A stretch of DNA of 64,000 nucleotides from Planctomycetota bacterium. Lineage in GTDB: Bacteria; Planctomycetota; Planctomycetia; Pirellulales; Lacipirellulaceae. Shown here piece by piece: positions 50,770-60,375 of this stretch. The position numbers and the translations under genes were made by a program. A model generated the notes under the pieces. That model saw only the letters and a list, made by a program, of their open reading frames with translations, did not search any database and was not told the origin of the DNA. How positions within the stretch are numbered: the first letter of the stretch is position 1; each line of letters starts with the position of its first letter. The stretch spans positions 1-64,000 of the forward strand of contig JBCCXZ010000004.1 of assembly GCA_039190745.1 (NCBI GenBank), in the 5' to 3' direction.

Positions 50770-53121
50770 GCTCCAACTAGAAGTACATCGCGACTCTGAG
50801 GAGAGCCGCTGGAGGCTGGTGAGGTCGTCTTCGATCAGCCGGTCGAGTGCGTACATGCCGAGGAAGCCGGCCATGCCCACGCCGCTAGCGATCATCAGGT
50901 ACACCTTCTGGGTGTCGCCGTAGGCCACGACGAGCCAGACGCCGAGCATCGGCACGAGCGTGGCTAGGGCGAGGAAGAAGCGGTTCCAGAACCGGACGGT
51001 GCGGACGTCGGAGGGCTGCGGGCAGCTTGTCGCGTTGTTACGGACCAAAGCCGGGATGAAAGTGTGCACTGCCAGCGTCGTCACGAGGAAGTACGGGTAA
51101 GCTGCTCCGATGCAGCCGCAGAGCACCAGCGACAGTACGAAATGGGTGTAGAAGCCTAGTTGCGACTCGATCGGCAGCCCCCAGTTGATGGCGATGGGGA
51201 ACGCGAGCCCAGCGCCGGTCCACATGACGATGCTCAAGAGCGCAACGAACCGGCCGAAGTGCAGCGCGTGGTGCGAGCCCTCGCCGACCTTGCGGGGGTC
51301 GTCGCTGCGGAGCATGTTCGCCACTTTCCGCGCCCGGCCGACGCCGATGAACATGCTCACGGGGAACACCAGCGCGTTGATCACCAACTGCACCTTCTCG
51401 AACCGGGTGTGCAGCTCGGGCACTTCCTGAACGAGCCAGGCTTCGTTGTAGTGGTAGTTGAAGATTCCGGCGAGGACGTTGGGGACCATCGACGCGACCA
51501 CCACCCACAACAGCGGCAGCAAGAGCGCCACGCCGGCAAACCCGCCCTGGGGCTCCTGCATCAGCTTCCAGCTCGTCGGGTCGAGGCAGAGCCGCAGGGC
51601 CGAGGCCAGCTGCTGGGCGTCCTCGTAGCGGTCGGCCTTTACCGGCTGCAGGCAGCGGACGAGCACCTGGCGGAGCGAGTCGGGGCAGTCGGCGGGCAGT
51701 TTTTTGCAGAGCTCGTTCAAGTTCGCCGTGCGGCGGGCGTCGATCATCCGCTGCAGGCCGGCGAGCGAACCGATCTTGGTCGGCTCGTCCGCAAAAGGAC
51801 GGTCGCCGGTGAGCAATTCCCAGAGCATCACGCCGACGGAGTAGATGTCGCTGGCCTCGCGCACCATGCGGGGCGAGCCGCCCAAGAGCGGGTGGCAGGC
51901 CTCGAGCTGCTCGGGCGACATGTAGGCGAGCGAACCGCCGAACGTATCGGCCGGGTCTTCGCCCACCCGGCCGCCGTTGAAGCTGATGTTGAAGTCCGCC
52001 AGCTTCGGTGAACCCTTCGCCCCTAGCAGGACGTTGGCGGGTTTGACGTCGCGGTGCATGACGCCCTTCTCGTGGGCGTAGGCCAGGCCCTCGGCGAGCT
52101 GAGCGCCGATCTCGCAGACGGCCAGCGGCCAGCTGGCTTCCTTGAACCAGCGCCGCTGGGCGGAACCCTCGGGCGGCGCCTGGCCGCGGCTGCCCAGCTT
52201 GGCGTCGACCACCTCGACCACCAGCCGGCCGGAGCGCTGCTTGACGGGCGTGTTTTTGACCGCCGTGAGCAGGTCGCCCAGCGTGCCGCCGGGCACCACT
52301 TCCATGTAAAGCAGCCGGGCCTGCGGGTCGTCGGCGATGCGTTGGTCGAAAACGCGGACGATATTGGGGTGATCGAGCTGCGCGAGCGTCTGCGGTTCGC
52401 TGCCGGTGTGCGCGGAGATTTTTAAGGCGACCAGCCGCTCCATCGACACCTGCCGGGCGAGGAACACCTTGGCGAAGGCTCCCGAGCCGAGCGGGAGCAT
52501 CAGCTCGAAGTCATCCAACACGTCGCCGGGTTTGAGGTGGTCGTAAGGCTTGTCATCGGCCAGCCGGACGTCGGAGACGTGCGCGGGGCCGTCCTCTGCG
52601 GGGCCGGCGAGCGTGCTGCCGAAGTAAATCTCGGTGGGCGAGCCGGAGACCGCCATGCCGCCGACCATCTGCTGCAGCGCCGCGGCGCGGTCGGGGAACC
52701 GCTGGGTCAGCTCGCGCTCGTTTACCGTGTCGCCCGCCTGCATCCGCACCTGCAGCTCCTCGTAGATCAGTTCGACCGGCAGGGCCTCGACCGGGCCGAG
52801 CTGCGGCAGCTCGGCGGCGTAGGTTTCCAGTTTCTTGGGCTCGTGGGCATTGGACCAGCGGTGCTCAAGGTCGACTTTGATCAGTTCGGGGAGGGCGATC
52901 TGGTCGACTTCTGCCATGCCGGTGAGGTACTCGGCTAGCTGAGGCGGCTCCCCGTCTCCGGCAAGGCAGCCCTCCCAGCGGGCGATGACCGCGTCGAGCT
53001 GTTCGGCGACCCGCTCCCAAGCTTGTTCGGTGTCCGATGGCGCAGCAACCGACGCCTGCGGCTGTGCCCGGGTGGCTTCGTCGCTAGAATAGCGGTCGGA
53101 TTGAGGACCTTCGTTGGTCAT
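50767..53121 (-). CDS. Membrane-anchored Ser/Thr protein kinase
   Basis: LGSGAFAKV, VALK, HRDVKPAN, DFN, GSLAYMSPEQ, SDIYSVG; about 6 C-terminal TM helices. Start ATG 53121. Confidence 0.93.
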   Translation of the reverse strand: MTNEGPQSDRYSSDEATRAQPQASVAAPSDTEQAWERVAEQLDAVIARWEGCLAGDGEPPQLAEYLTGMAEVDQIALPELIKVDLEHRWSNAHEPKKLETYAAELPQLGPVEALPVELIYEELQVRMQAGDTVNERELTQRFPDRAAALQQMVGGMAVSGSPTEIYFGSTLAGPAEDGPAHVSDVRLADDKPYDHLKPGDVLDDFELMLPLGSGAFAKVFLARQVSMERLVALKISAHTGSEPQTLAQLDHPNIVRVFDQRIADDPQARLLYMEVVPGGTLGDLLTAVKNTPVKQRSGRLVVEVVDAKLGSRGQAPPEGSAQRRWFKEASWPLAVCEIGAQLAEGLAYAHEKGVMHRDVKPANVLLGAKGSPKLADFNISFNGGRVGEDPADTFGGSLAYMSPEQLEACHPLLGGSPRMVREASDIYSVGVMLWELLTGDRPFADEPTKIGSLAGLQRMIDARRTANLNELCKKLPADCPDSLRQVLVRCLQPVKADRYEDAQQLASALRLCLDPTSWKLMQEPQGGFAGVALLLPLLWVVVASMVPNVLAGIFNYHYNEAWLVQEVPELHTRFEKVQLVINALVFPVSMFIGVGRARKVANMLRSDDPRKVGEGSHHALHFGRFVALLSIVMWTGAGLAFPIAINWGLPIESQLGFYTHFVLSLVLCGCIGAAYPYFLVTTLAVHTFIPALVRNNATSCPQPSDVRTVRFWNRFFLALATLVPMLGVWLVVAYGDTQKVYLMIASGVGMAGFLGMYALDRLIEDDLTSLQRLSSESRCTSSWS

Positions 53122-53208
53122 CTGGATCGGCTTCCGCAGCTCGTTGTCGGCCCCTGATTCCCTCTGGCTCGGTAGTGTAAGCGGGAACAAGGCGCGACGG
53201 GGGCAGGC

Positions 53209-53802
53209 ATGTCTGACCATAATACGCAAATTCTTGAGCGGCTACGATCGGGCGACGAATCCGCCCTGGCGGAGTTCTTGCAGGCCAACGAGCACGCCCT
53301 GCTGGCGTTCCTGCGGAAACGCATCGGCCCGCAGCTTGCCCGGAAGGTTGAGCCGGAGGACGTGCTGCAAGACGCCAGCATGGAGGCGGTCCGCTCGCTG
53401 GAGAAAGTGGACCTCTCGAACTGGGACCCGCTCTCCTGGATGTTCCAGATCTGCGAGCGGAAGATCATCGACGCCCACCGCAAGTTTTTTGTGAGCCAGA
53501 AGCGCGACGCCTCCCGCGAGGCGGCCCTGCCGGACGGCACGGGGGCCCCGGGCATCGCCGACCTGCTGGTGGCGAGCATGACCACGCCGAGCGCCGCCTT
53601 CTCCCGCGACCAGAAGCAGCTCCGCATGCTGGCTGCGATCGACACCCTGCCCGAAGAGCAGCGGGAAGCCTTGCGGCTGCGGTATCTGATCGGGCTGAGC
53701 TCGAAGGAAATCGCGGCCAAGCTGGGGAAGAGCGACGGTGCGGTGCGGGTGATGCTCTCCAGGTCTCTGGCAAAGCTCCAGGTCATGCTGGCCGAAGAGT
53801 AG
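53209..53802 (+). CDS. ECF sigma-70 factor (planctomycete kinase-associated type)
   Basis: LARKVEPEDVLQD; SMTTPS linker; LPEEQREALRLRY...EIAAKLG. Confidence 0.92.
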   Translation: MSDHNTQILERLRSGDESALAEFLQANEHALLAFLRKRIGPQLARKVEPEDVLQDASMEAVRSLEKVDLSNWDPLSWMFQICERKIIDAHRKFFVSQKRDASREAALPDGTGAPGIADLLVASMTTPSAAFSRDQKQLRMLAAIDTLPEEQREALRLRYLIGLSSKEIAAKLGKSDGAVRVMLSRSLAKLQVMLAEE

Positions 53803-54141
53803 GCGGTGTCGATTCGGATGAAGGAGATGAGGGGATGTTGGGGATGACGGGGGATGAAGAAGAGCAAGTGGCTTGGATTTAGCATCCTGCGGTAATCAAG
53901 ACGGGATCTCAGCGAGAAATTCCTCCCAGGGTCATTTGCTTGCTTCGTTTCTCTTTCCTTTTCTTTTCTTCATATCTATTCGCAACACTCTCTGCGGTAG
54001 TGGGTCTTCTGTGAAGAAAGAGCATCATCGGCAATATCCCCTCTCCATCTCCAACATCCCCCCATCCCCTTCTCTGCAATCCGGCCAGCCTAGCGTATTT
54101 TTCTTGAACCCCTTCTGGGGCTCGGCGGCACTACCGTTAGC

Positions 54142-54657
54142 ATGACCGCCGTGAGCGAATGCGTGCACTTCGACCTGGCCACCCTCGTCCGCGACCATCA
54201 GCAGGCCGTGTGGAGGTACCTGCGCTACCTCGGCGCCGACCCGCCGGACGCGGACGACCTGACGCAGGAGACGTTCCTGGCGGTGGCGCGTTCGGAGTTT
54301 GTGGAGCAGAGCCGGGAACAAACGGCCGGCTACCTCCGCACGGTGGCGAGGAACCAACTGCTGATGGCCCGGCGGAAGGCGGGCCGGCGGATCGCGACGG
54401 TCGACCTGGAGGCGGCCGAGGCGGTGTGGGCCGAGACGCCCTCGGCGGGGACCGACCGGTTCTTGAAGGCCTTAAGCGGGTGCATCGAACAGCTCGAGGG
54501 CCGCTCCCGCGAGGCGGTGCAGCGGTTCTACAAGGACGGCGCCGGGCGGGTGGAGATCGCCGAGGCGCTGGGCATGACGCCCGACGGCGTGAAGACGCTC
54601 CTGCGGCGCACGCGGGACGTGCTGCGGCGTTGCGTCGAGCGGAGTGCGAAGGAATGA
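54142..54657 (+). CDS. ECF sigma-70 factor
   Basis: DADDLTQETFL, YLRTVARN, EIAEALGMT..VKTLLRR. Confidence 0.9.
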   Translation: MTAVSECVHFDLATLVRDHQQAVWRYLRYLGADPPDADDLTQETFLAVARSEFVEQSREQTAGYLRTVARNQLLMARRKAGRRIATVDLEAAEAVWAETPSAGTDRFLKALSGCIEQLEGRSREAVQRFYKDGAGRVEIAEALGMTPDGVKTLLRRTRDVLRRCVERSAKE

Positions 54658-54836
54658 CCACGAAAGGCGCGAAAGGGACAAAAGGAACAAAGTGGGAGGA
54701 TGGAGTGGGAGTGGGAGAAAGAAGATTTGGGAACACTAATCCCCGCTAATCTGCGCTAATCCAGATCAGTGAAGATTAGCGCCGATTAGTGTTCTCTCCT
54801 CTTCTCTTCCTCCGTGCTCTCTGTGCCTCTGTGGTT
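54657..54836. repeat. Cluster of periodic palindromic repeats
   Basis: ACCACGAAA-type half (54657-85), GGGAGT tract, complete CTAAT/ATTAG palindrome (54731-94) and CTCCGTG/CTCTGTG half (54810-36). Confidence 0.85.
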
Positions 54837-54856
54837 CAAAAGAACAAGTGATCGCT

Positions 54857-57301
54857 ATGGCTGAAAACAACGAACAACACGACCCGCAGGAGGAGCTCCG
54901 CGATCGGCTGATCGACGGGGCGCTCGAGGAGCTTGTGGGGGGCGTGGCGCCGCCGGACCTTTCGGAACGGGTCCTCGAGGCGGCCGGCGAAGCGGGGCAG
55001 AACACGGGTGCGGAACGGGTTTCTTTCACCGAACCGGAGGGCAAGAAGATGGCGAGCGTGACGACTGGATCGCGGAGTTGGGGTCGGCCATTGGCGGCTT
55101 TTGCGGTCGCGGCGTGCTTGTTGGTGGCCGTGGGCGTGATGAGCGTGCAGCAGGCGGGCGACGGGGTCGAGAACCGAGAAGTCGCGGGCGGGAAACCGTT
55201 GGTGGAAGAGCCGCAGTCGGGCGATTCGCGCACGTCTCGCCTAGGCAATCCGTTGGGCTCGGTTGCCGTGGAAGCCGAGCAGTTTGCTCAGGAAGCAGAT
55301 GGCGGACTGCGGATGATGGTCGAGCCGCGGATTGTCACCAAGAGTGAGCTGGGGGACGGGCTCGCGGTTGTGGAAGGCAGCGAGGCGGCGCCAGTGGCCG
55401 GGAAGCGTCTCGACTTTTCTGCGTCGGGACCGGTTGAAGAGTCGCTCGTCCGCAAGCAGGCCGAACAAGGCCTCGCCGGCCGAGAGAAAACCTCTGCAGG
55501 CGTCCGATTCCGTGTGGACGAATCCCCCGGCCAGGAACTGACCCGCTATCTGGCAGAGTCTTCTCAGGAACCCGCCGCGGCGTCCGTCGCGGTGCTCGAC
55601 GCGGTTCCGGCATCCCCGCCGCTGCCCGCTTCCTCGGCGGCGCCGTCCTTCGGCGCTCCTCTCAATCAACGCAAGTTCGACGACTCCCGCGTGGCGGGGC
55701 GGACGGCTATGGGCCGACGCATGCAACCCGCGCGTGGCGGCGCGATCACCAGCTTTGAAGGGCGCGACGGAACCGGGTTCTCCTTCGGGTTTCAAGGCGT
55801 GGGCGGCGGCGGTCTGGGCGGCGAGTTCGGCGTCGGTCCTGGCAACTCCGGCGACCAGTACGCCCGGATCCACGACAACCCGTTCAAGGCGATCACGCTC
55901 GGCTCGCCGGACAATCGGCTGAGTACGTTCTCGATCGACGTCGACACCGCGGCGTACGCCAACGTGCGGCAGTTCCTTATGCAGGGGCACACGCTGCCGC
56001 CGGCCGACGCGGTGCGGATCGAGGAGATGATCAACTACTTCGACTACGAGTACAGCGGCCCCACGGGCGACGTGCCGTTCGCGGCGAACATGGAGGTGGC
56101 CTCCTGCCCCTGGCAGCCGAAGCACCGGCTGGTGCGGATCGGGCTGAAGGGCCGCGAGCCGCTCGAAACTCGTCAGCAGAAGCGGAAGAACCTGGTGTTC
56201 CTCGTCGACGTGTCGGGCTCGATGAACCAGCAGAACAAGCTGCCGCTGCTGGTGGACGGCATGAAGATGCTCGCCCGCCAGCTGCACGACGAAGACCAAG
56301 TGGCGATCGTCGTCTACGCCGGCAGCGAGGGGCTCGCCCTGGAGAGCACCCCCGGCAGCCAGCGGCAGAAGATCCTCGACACGCTCGGCAACCTGCGGGC
56401 GGGCGGCTCGACCGCGGGCGGCGCCGGCATCACGCTCGCCTACAAGGTGGCCAAGGACCACTTCATCGAGGGCGGCGTGAACCGCGTGATCCTCGCCACC
56501 GACGGCGACTTCAACGTCGGCACGACCAGCACCGCCGAGCTGGAGCGGCTCGCCGAGACCAAGGCCCGCCAGACCGGCGTGTTCCTCACGGTCCTCGGCT
56601 TCGGCCGCGGCAACCTGAACGACGCGATGATGGAGGCCATCTCCGGCAAGGGCAACGGCAACTACCACTACATCGACGGCCTAACCGAGGCCCGCAAGGT
56701 GCTGGTGCACGAGCTGGAAGCGACGCTGGTCACGATCGCGAAGGACGTAAAGATCCAGGTCGAGTTCAACCCGCAGCACGTCGCCGGCTATCGGCTGATC
56801 GGTTATGAGAACCGCGTCCTGGCCGCCGAAGATTTCAACGACGACAAGAAGGACGCGGGCGAAATCGGCGCCGGGCACACGGTGACGGCGCTCTACGAGA
56901 TCGTCCCGGTGGGCGTCGAAGTAAACGCGGCCGGCGTCGACCCGCTGAAGTACGGGGCGACGAAGAAGCCGGCCCCCGAGGCTTCGGCCGAGATCGAGCC
57001 CAGCCCGGAGATGCTCACGCTGAAGATCCGCTACAAGCAGCCGGACGGCGACACGAGCACGAAGCTAGAGTTCCCGCTGACCGACGGCGAGGCGGAGTTC
57101 AAAGACGCCTCAGTGGACTTCAAGTTCGCCTCGGCCGTGGCCGGCTTCGGCATGCTGCTGCGGGGCTCGGAGCACGCGGGCGACGCAACGCTCGACAGCG
57201 TGCTGCAAATCGCCGAGGAGGGCATGAACCGCGACGAGCACGGCTACCGCACGGAGCTGATGCAGCTCATCAAACGGGCGAAGGAGCTCTCGGGGGAGTA
57301 G
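54857..57301 (+). CDS. YfbK-like von Willebrand factor A / DUF3520 protein with an N-terminal TM segment
   Basis: STFSIDVDTA.Y, VRIEEMINYF, MIDAS DVSGSM, ILATDGDFNVG, YRLIGYENR, DAGEIGAGHTVTALYE. Confidence 0.9.
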   Translation: MAENNEQHDPQEELRDRLIDGALEELVGGVAPPDLSERVLEAAGEAGQNTGAERVSFTEPEGKKMASVTTGSRSWGRPLAAFAVAACLLVAVGVMSVQQAGDGVENREVAGGKPLVEEPQSGDSRTSRLGNPLGSVAVEAEQFAQEADGGLRMMVEPRIVTKSELGDGLAVVEGSEAAPVAGKRLDFSASGPVEESLVRKQAEQGLAGREKTSAGVRFRVDESPGQELTRYLAESSQEPAAASVAVLDAVPASPPLPASSAAPSFGAPLNQRKFDDSRVAGRTAMGRRMQPARGGAITSFEGRDGTGFSFGFQGVGGGGLGGEFGVGPGNSGDQYARIHDNPFKAITLGSPDNRLSTFSIDVDTAAYANVRQFLMQGHTLPPADAVRIEEMINYFDYEYSGPTGDVPFAANMEVASCPWQPKHRLVRIGLKGREPLETRQQKRKNLVFLVDVSGSMNQQNKLPLLVDGMKMLARQLHDEDQVAIVVYAGSEGLALESTPGSQRQKILDTLGNLRAGGSTAGGAGITLAYKVAKDHFIEGGVNRVILATDGDFNVGTTSTAELERLAETKARQTGVFLTVLGFGRGNLNDAMMEAISGKGNGNYHYIDGLTEARKVLVHELEATLVTIAKDVKIQVEFNPQHVAGYRLIGYENRVLAAEDFNDDKKDAGEIGAGHTVTALYEIVPVGVEVNAAGVDPLKYGATKKPAPEASAEIEPSPEMLTLKIRYKQPDGDTSTKLEFPLTDGEAEFKDASVDFKFASAVAGFGMLLRGSEHAGDATLDSVLQIAEEGMNRDEHGYRTELMQLIKRAKELSGE

Positions 57302-57347
57302 TCTCCGCTGCCGTTCGGGTTGGAGAGACGGGGTTGGAGAAACACCG

Positions 57348-57372
57348 GCCCCGGGCGGCTCGCCCGGGGCTA
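57348..57372. repeat. REP-like hairpin between convergent genes
   Basis: GCCCCGGGCG-GCT-CGCCCGGGGC-TA. Confidence 0.65.
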
Positions 57373-57395
57373 AATGGGTTGGCGGACGCCCATAC

Positions 57396-59486
57396 TTAAC
57401 CGACGTCGCCGAGGTCGAGGGCTTCGCCGTAGCGGTGCATCACCTGGCGTCGTAGGCCGGTGTGGCGGTCGTGCTTCAGGCCGGGGTCTTCGGAGACCAA
57501 CAGCTGCGCCTCGCGGCGGGCTTCTTCCAGGATGTCGGCGTCTCGGCCGAGGTCGGCGATCCGCAGCGGCGGCAGGCCGTGCTGCTGGGTGCCGAACAGG
57601 TCGCCGGGGCCGCGGAGTTTGAAGTCGAGCTCGGCGAGGTCGAAACCGTTGGTGCTTTCGGAGAAGGCTTCGAGCCGTTCCCTGCCTTGCTCGGAGTCGT
57701 CGCCCAGCAGGACGCCGCAGTAACCGGGGTGCTGGCCCCGCCCTACCCTGCCCCGCAGCTGGTGGAGCTGAGCGAGGCCGAACCGCTCGGCGCCGTCGAC
57801 GGTGATCACCGTCGCGTTGGGCACGTCGACGCCCACCTCGATGACGGTGGTGCTCACCAGCACCTGCGTCTCGCCGGCGCGGAAGCGGTCCATCGCGGCT
57901 TGCTTTGTCTCGGCGGGCAGCTTGCCGTGCAGCAGGTCGGTGCGGAACTCTTCCAGCTCGCCGTTGGAGAGCTTCTCGAACGCCTCAGCCACGCTGGGGG
58001 CGGCGATGGCGTGCGACTCCTCGATGAGCGGCGCCACGACATACGCCTGGCGGCCTTCGCGCAGCCGGTCGCGGAGAAACGACCACCACTTCGCTTGGGC
58101 GTGCGGCTCGACGAGGTAGGTGCTCACCTCGCGGCGGCCTTCGGGGAGGGCGTCGAGCACTGAGACGTCGAGGTCGCCGAAGAGGGCCATCGTCACCGTG
58201 CGGGGGATCGGCGTGGCGGTCATCACCAGGTAGTGCGGCGACCGCTCGCCCTGCCGGAGGGCGGCCCGCTGGCGGACGCCGAACTTGTGCTGCTCGTCGA
58301 CGACGACCAGGCCGAGGTTCTTGAACCGCACCGACTCCTGGATCACCGCGTGGGTGCCGAGCACGACGTCGATGGCGCCCGACTCGATGCGGGCGAGCAG
58401 CTCCAGCCGCTCCGACTTGGGCATCCCGCCGGTAAGGGTGGCGTGGCGGACGCGGCTGGCTTCGAGCAGCGAGGCGAGCGTCTTGGCGTGCTGGCGGGCG
58501 AGGATCTCGGTCGGCGCCATCAGCGCGGCTTGCGCCCCGCCGGCGACCGCGGTGAGCATGGCGTACACGGCCACCATGGTCTTGCCGCTGCCGACGTCGC
58601 CCTGCAGCATGCGGTTCATCGGGCGCTCGAGCGCCAGATCGGCAGCCACTTCGGCGATCGCCTTGCTTTGACTGGAGGTGAGCTCGAACGGCATCAGCCG
58701 GCGGATGCGGGCGTCGAGCTTCGCGTCGCACGGCAAGGGCGGGGCGGGCGTTTCGCGCTGGGTCGCGCGGCGGAGGGCGAGCGCGAGCTGCAGGACGAAC
58801 AGTTCTTGGAACACGAAACGTCGTCGGGCGGCGTCGAGCTCCTCTTGGTCCTGCGGGGCGTGGATCAACCGCGTGGCCATCGCGAGCGGCAGGAGTTGGT
58901 AGCGGTCGAGCAGCGCGGGCTCGAAGACCTCCTCCAGCACGTCGGCGTAAGCGGCGGCCGTCTCGCCGACGATCCGCCGCATGTGAAACTGCGACAGCCC
59001 GTCGGTGAGCGGGTAAATGGGCGCTAGCTTGCGGTCGCCGGTGTGCTCCTCGTCGTCGAGGTCGGTCACCTGAGGGTGGGACATCTCCCACATCATGCCC
59101 CGCATCCGCGGCTTGGCCGTGAATAGGACGCGTTTGCCCTTGCTGAATTTCTTCTGCATGAAGGGCTGGTTGAACCAAGTGGCGCGGAGGTGGCCGGTGG
59201 CATCTTCGATCAGCACCGAGACGCGGCCCTTGCCGAAGCCACGCGACGACGAGGCGACCTCGGCAACCGTGCCGACGACGCTCTGCAGGGCGTCTTCTTC
59301 GAGGTCGGCGATGGCGCGGCGGTCGGAGAGGTCCTGGTAGTCGCGGGGGAAGCAGAACAGCAGGTCGGCGACGGTGTGGAGCTTCATCCGCCGCAGATGG
59401 CGGGCTCGGTCGCCGACGTAGGGCAACTCCTGCACGGGCGTGTTCAGCCGCCGGCGGGCATCGGCGTGGGCGTCTTCGGGGTCCAT
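57396..59486 (-). CDS. recG: ATP-dependent DNA helicase RecG
   Basis: QGDVGSGKT, MAPTEILA.QH, DEQHKFGV, MTATPIPRT, QLHQLRGRVGRG, RGPGD.FG.QQ.G. Start ATG 59486. Confidence 0.96.
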   Translation of the reverse strand: MDPEDAHADARRRLNTPVQELPYVGDRARHLRRMKLHTVADLLFCFPRDYQDLSDRRAIADLEEDALQSVVGTVAEVASSSRGFGKGRVSVLIEDATGHLRATWFNQPFMQKKFSKGKRVLFTAKPRMRGMMWEMSHPQVTDLDDEEHTGDRKLAPIYPLTDGLSQFHMRRIVGETAAAYADVLEEVFEPALLDRYQLLPLAMATRLIHAPQDQEELDAARRRFVFQELFVLQLALALRRATQRETPAPPLPCDAKLDARIRRLMPFELTSSQSKAIAEVAADLALERPMNRMLQGDVGSGKTMVAVYAMLTAVAGGAQAALMAPTEILARQHAKTLASLLEASRVRHATLTGGMPKSERLELLARIESGAIDVVLGTHAVIQESVRFKNLGLVVVDEQHKFGVRQRAALRQGERSPHYLVMTATPIPRTVTMALFGDLDVSVLDALPEGRREVSTYLVEPHAQAKWWSFLRDRLREGRQAYVVAPLIEESHAIAAPSVAEAFEKLSNGELEEFRTDLLHGKLPAETKQAAMDRFRAGETQVLVSTTVIEVGVDVPNATVITVDGAERFGLAQLHQLRGRVGRGQHPGYCGVLLGDDSEQGRERLEAFSESTNGFDLAELDFKLRGPGDLFGTQQHGLPPLRIADLGRDADILEEARREAQLLVSEDPGLKHDRHTGLRRQVMHRYGEALDLGDVG

Positions 59487-59578
59487 GCCGGAATTGTAGT
59501 CGAGTCGATTGGAAAAGAAGGGGATGGGGAGATGATGGAGATAGAGGGGGATGAAAGAGAGATAAGATAGCACGGGTT

Positions 59579-59649
59579 GTAGGAGGCCTCTCTAAGGCCG
59601 ATTCCGTTTTGTGATTGAGACCGATATCGCCCTCAGAGAGGGCTCCTAC
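59579..59649. repeat. Inverted GTAG-type REP pair (REPIN-like)
   Basis: GTAGGAGGCCTCTCTAAGGCCGAT (59579-602) and ATCGCCCTCAGAGAGGGCTCCTAC (59626-49), nested inside purine/pyrimidine arms at about 59517-59697. Confidence 0.85.
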
Positions 59650-59713
59650 AGAAGAACTCTATCCCCTTCACCTCCATCATCCCCTTATCTCCTTCCCGTC
59701 AACCGACTCGGGT

Positions 59714-60169
59714 TCAAAGAAAACGCTGGTAGGCCTCGACGGCTAAGCCGTCCACAAGATCGTTCTCCGTGTGCCCGCTGTGGCCGGCGACGCGGGTGTA
59801 CTTGACCGAGTGCGTGGCGAGCAGTTCGTCGAGGCGGCGCCAGAGTTCCTCGTTCTTCACGGGCACGAGCTTCTTGCCCTCCTTGCGTTTCCAGCCGTTG
59901 GCCTTCCACTTGGGCATCCACTCGCTCATGCCCTTGCCGACGTAGACGCTGTCGGTGAACAGCTCGACGCGGGTGGCGCGCTTCAGGGCGGAGAGCCCCT
60001 CGATGACGCCCAGCAGTTCCATGCGGTTGTTCGTGGTGTGCTCCTCGCCGCCGGAGGCCTGGGTCTCTTTGCCGGAGGCGGGATGGCGGAGCAGGTAGGC
60101 CCAGCCGCCGGGGCCGGGGTTTCCGCTGCAGGCGCCGTCGGTGTAGAGGTGGACTTCGGGGTCGGCCAT
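59714..60169 (-). CDS. rnhA: Ribonuclease HI
   Basis: YTDGACSGNPGPGGW, TTNNRMEL, TDS.YV, VKN.ELW, GHSGH.EN..VD. Confidence 0.97.
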   Translation of the reverse strand: MADPEVHLYTDGACSGNPGPGGWAYLLRHPASGKETQASGGEEHTTNNRMELLGVIEGLSALKRATRVELFTDSVYVGKGMSEWMPKWKANGWKRKEGKKLVPVKNEELWRRLDELLATHSVKYTRVAGHSGHTENDLVDGLAVEAYQRFL

Positions 60170-60201
60170 TCGGTAGGGAATCCGTTCTGCGGTGCTGGTT
60201 T

Positions 60202-60361
60202 AACCACGGAGACACGGAGTGCACGAAGGAGAGAAAAGCTAAGGGATACTAATTGACGCTAATCCTCACTAATCCGGATTAGTGTAGATCAGTGAAGATT
60301 AATGTTCCCTCTAGCAACTTGCTTCTGGTTCTTCTCCACGTTTCCTCCGTGTCTCTGTGGT
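60202..60361. repeat. Nested palindromes: CACGGAG-family arms around a CTAAT/ATTAG element
   Basis: AACCACGGAGACACGGAG (from 60202) and CTCCGTGTCTCTGTGGT (to 60361) enclose ACTAAT..GCTAAT..ACTAAT/ATTAGT..ATCAGT..ATTAAT (60242-310). Confidence 0.85.
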
Positions 60362-60375
60362 GAAACAATCGGGAA

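Noticed and set aside
53118..53229. Apparent head-to-head overlap of the kinase and ECF ORFs
   Set aside because: Artefact of the longest-ORF start; ATG 53121 removes the overlap.
50689..60361. Periodic repeats as a possible CRISPR array
   Set aside because: Units are 9-10 bp and palindromic, with no unique spacers and no cas genes.
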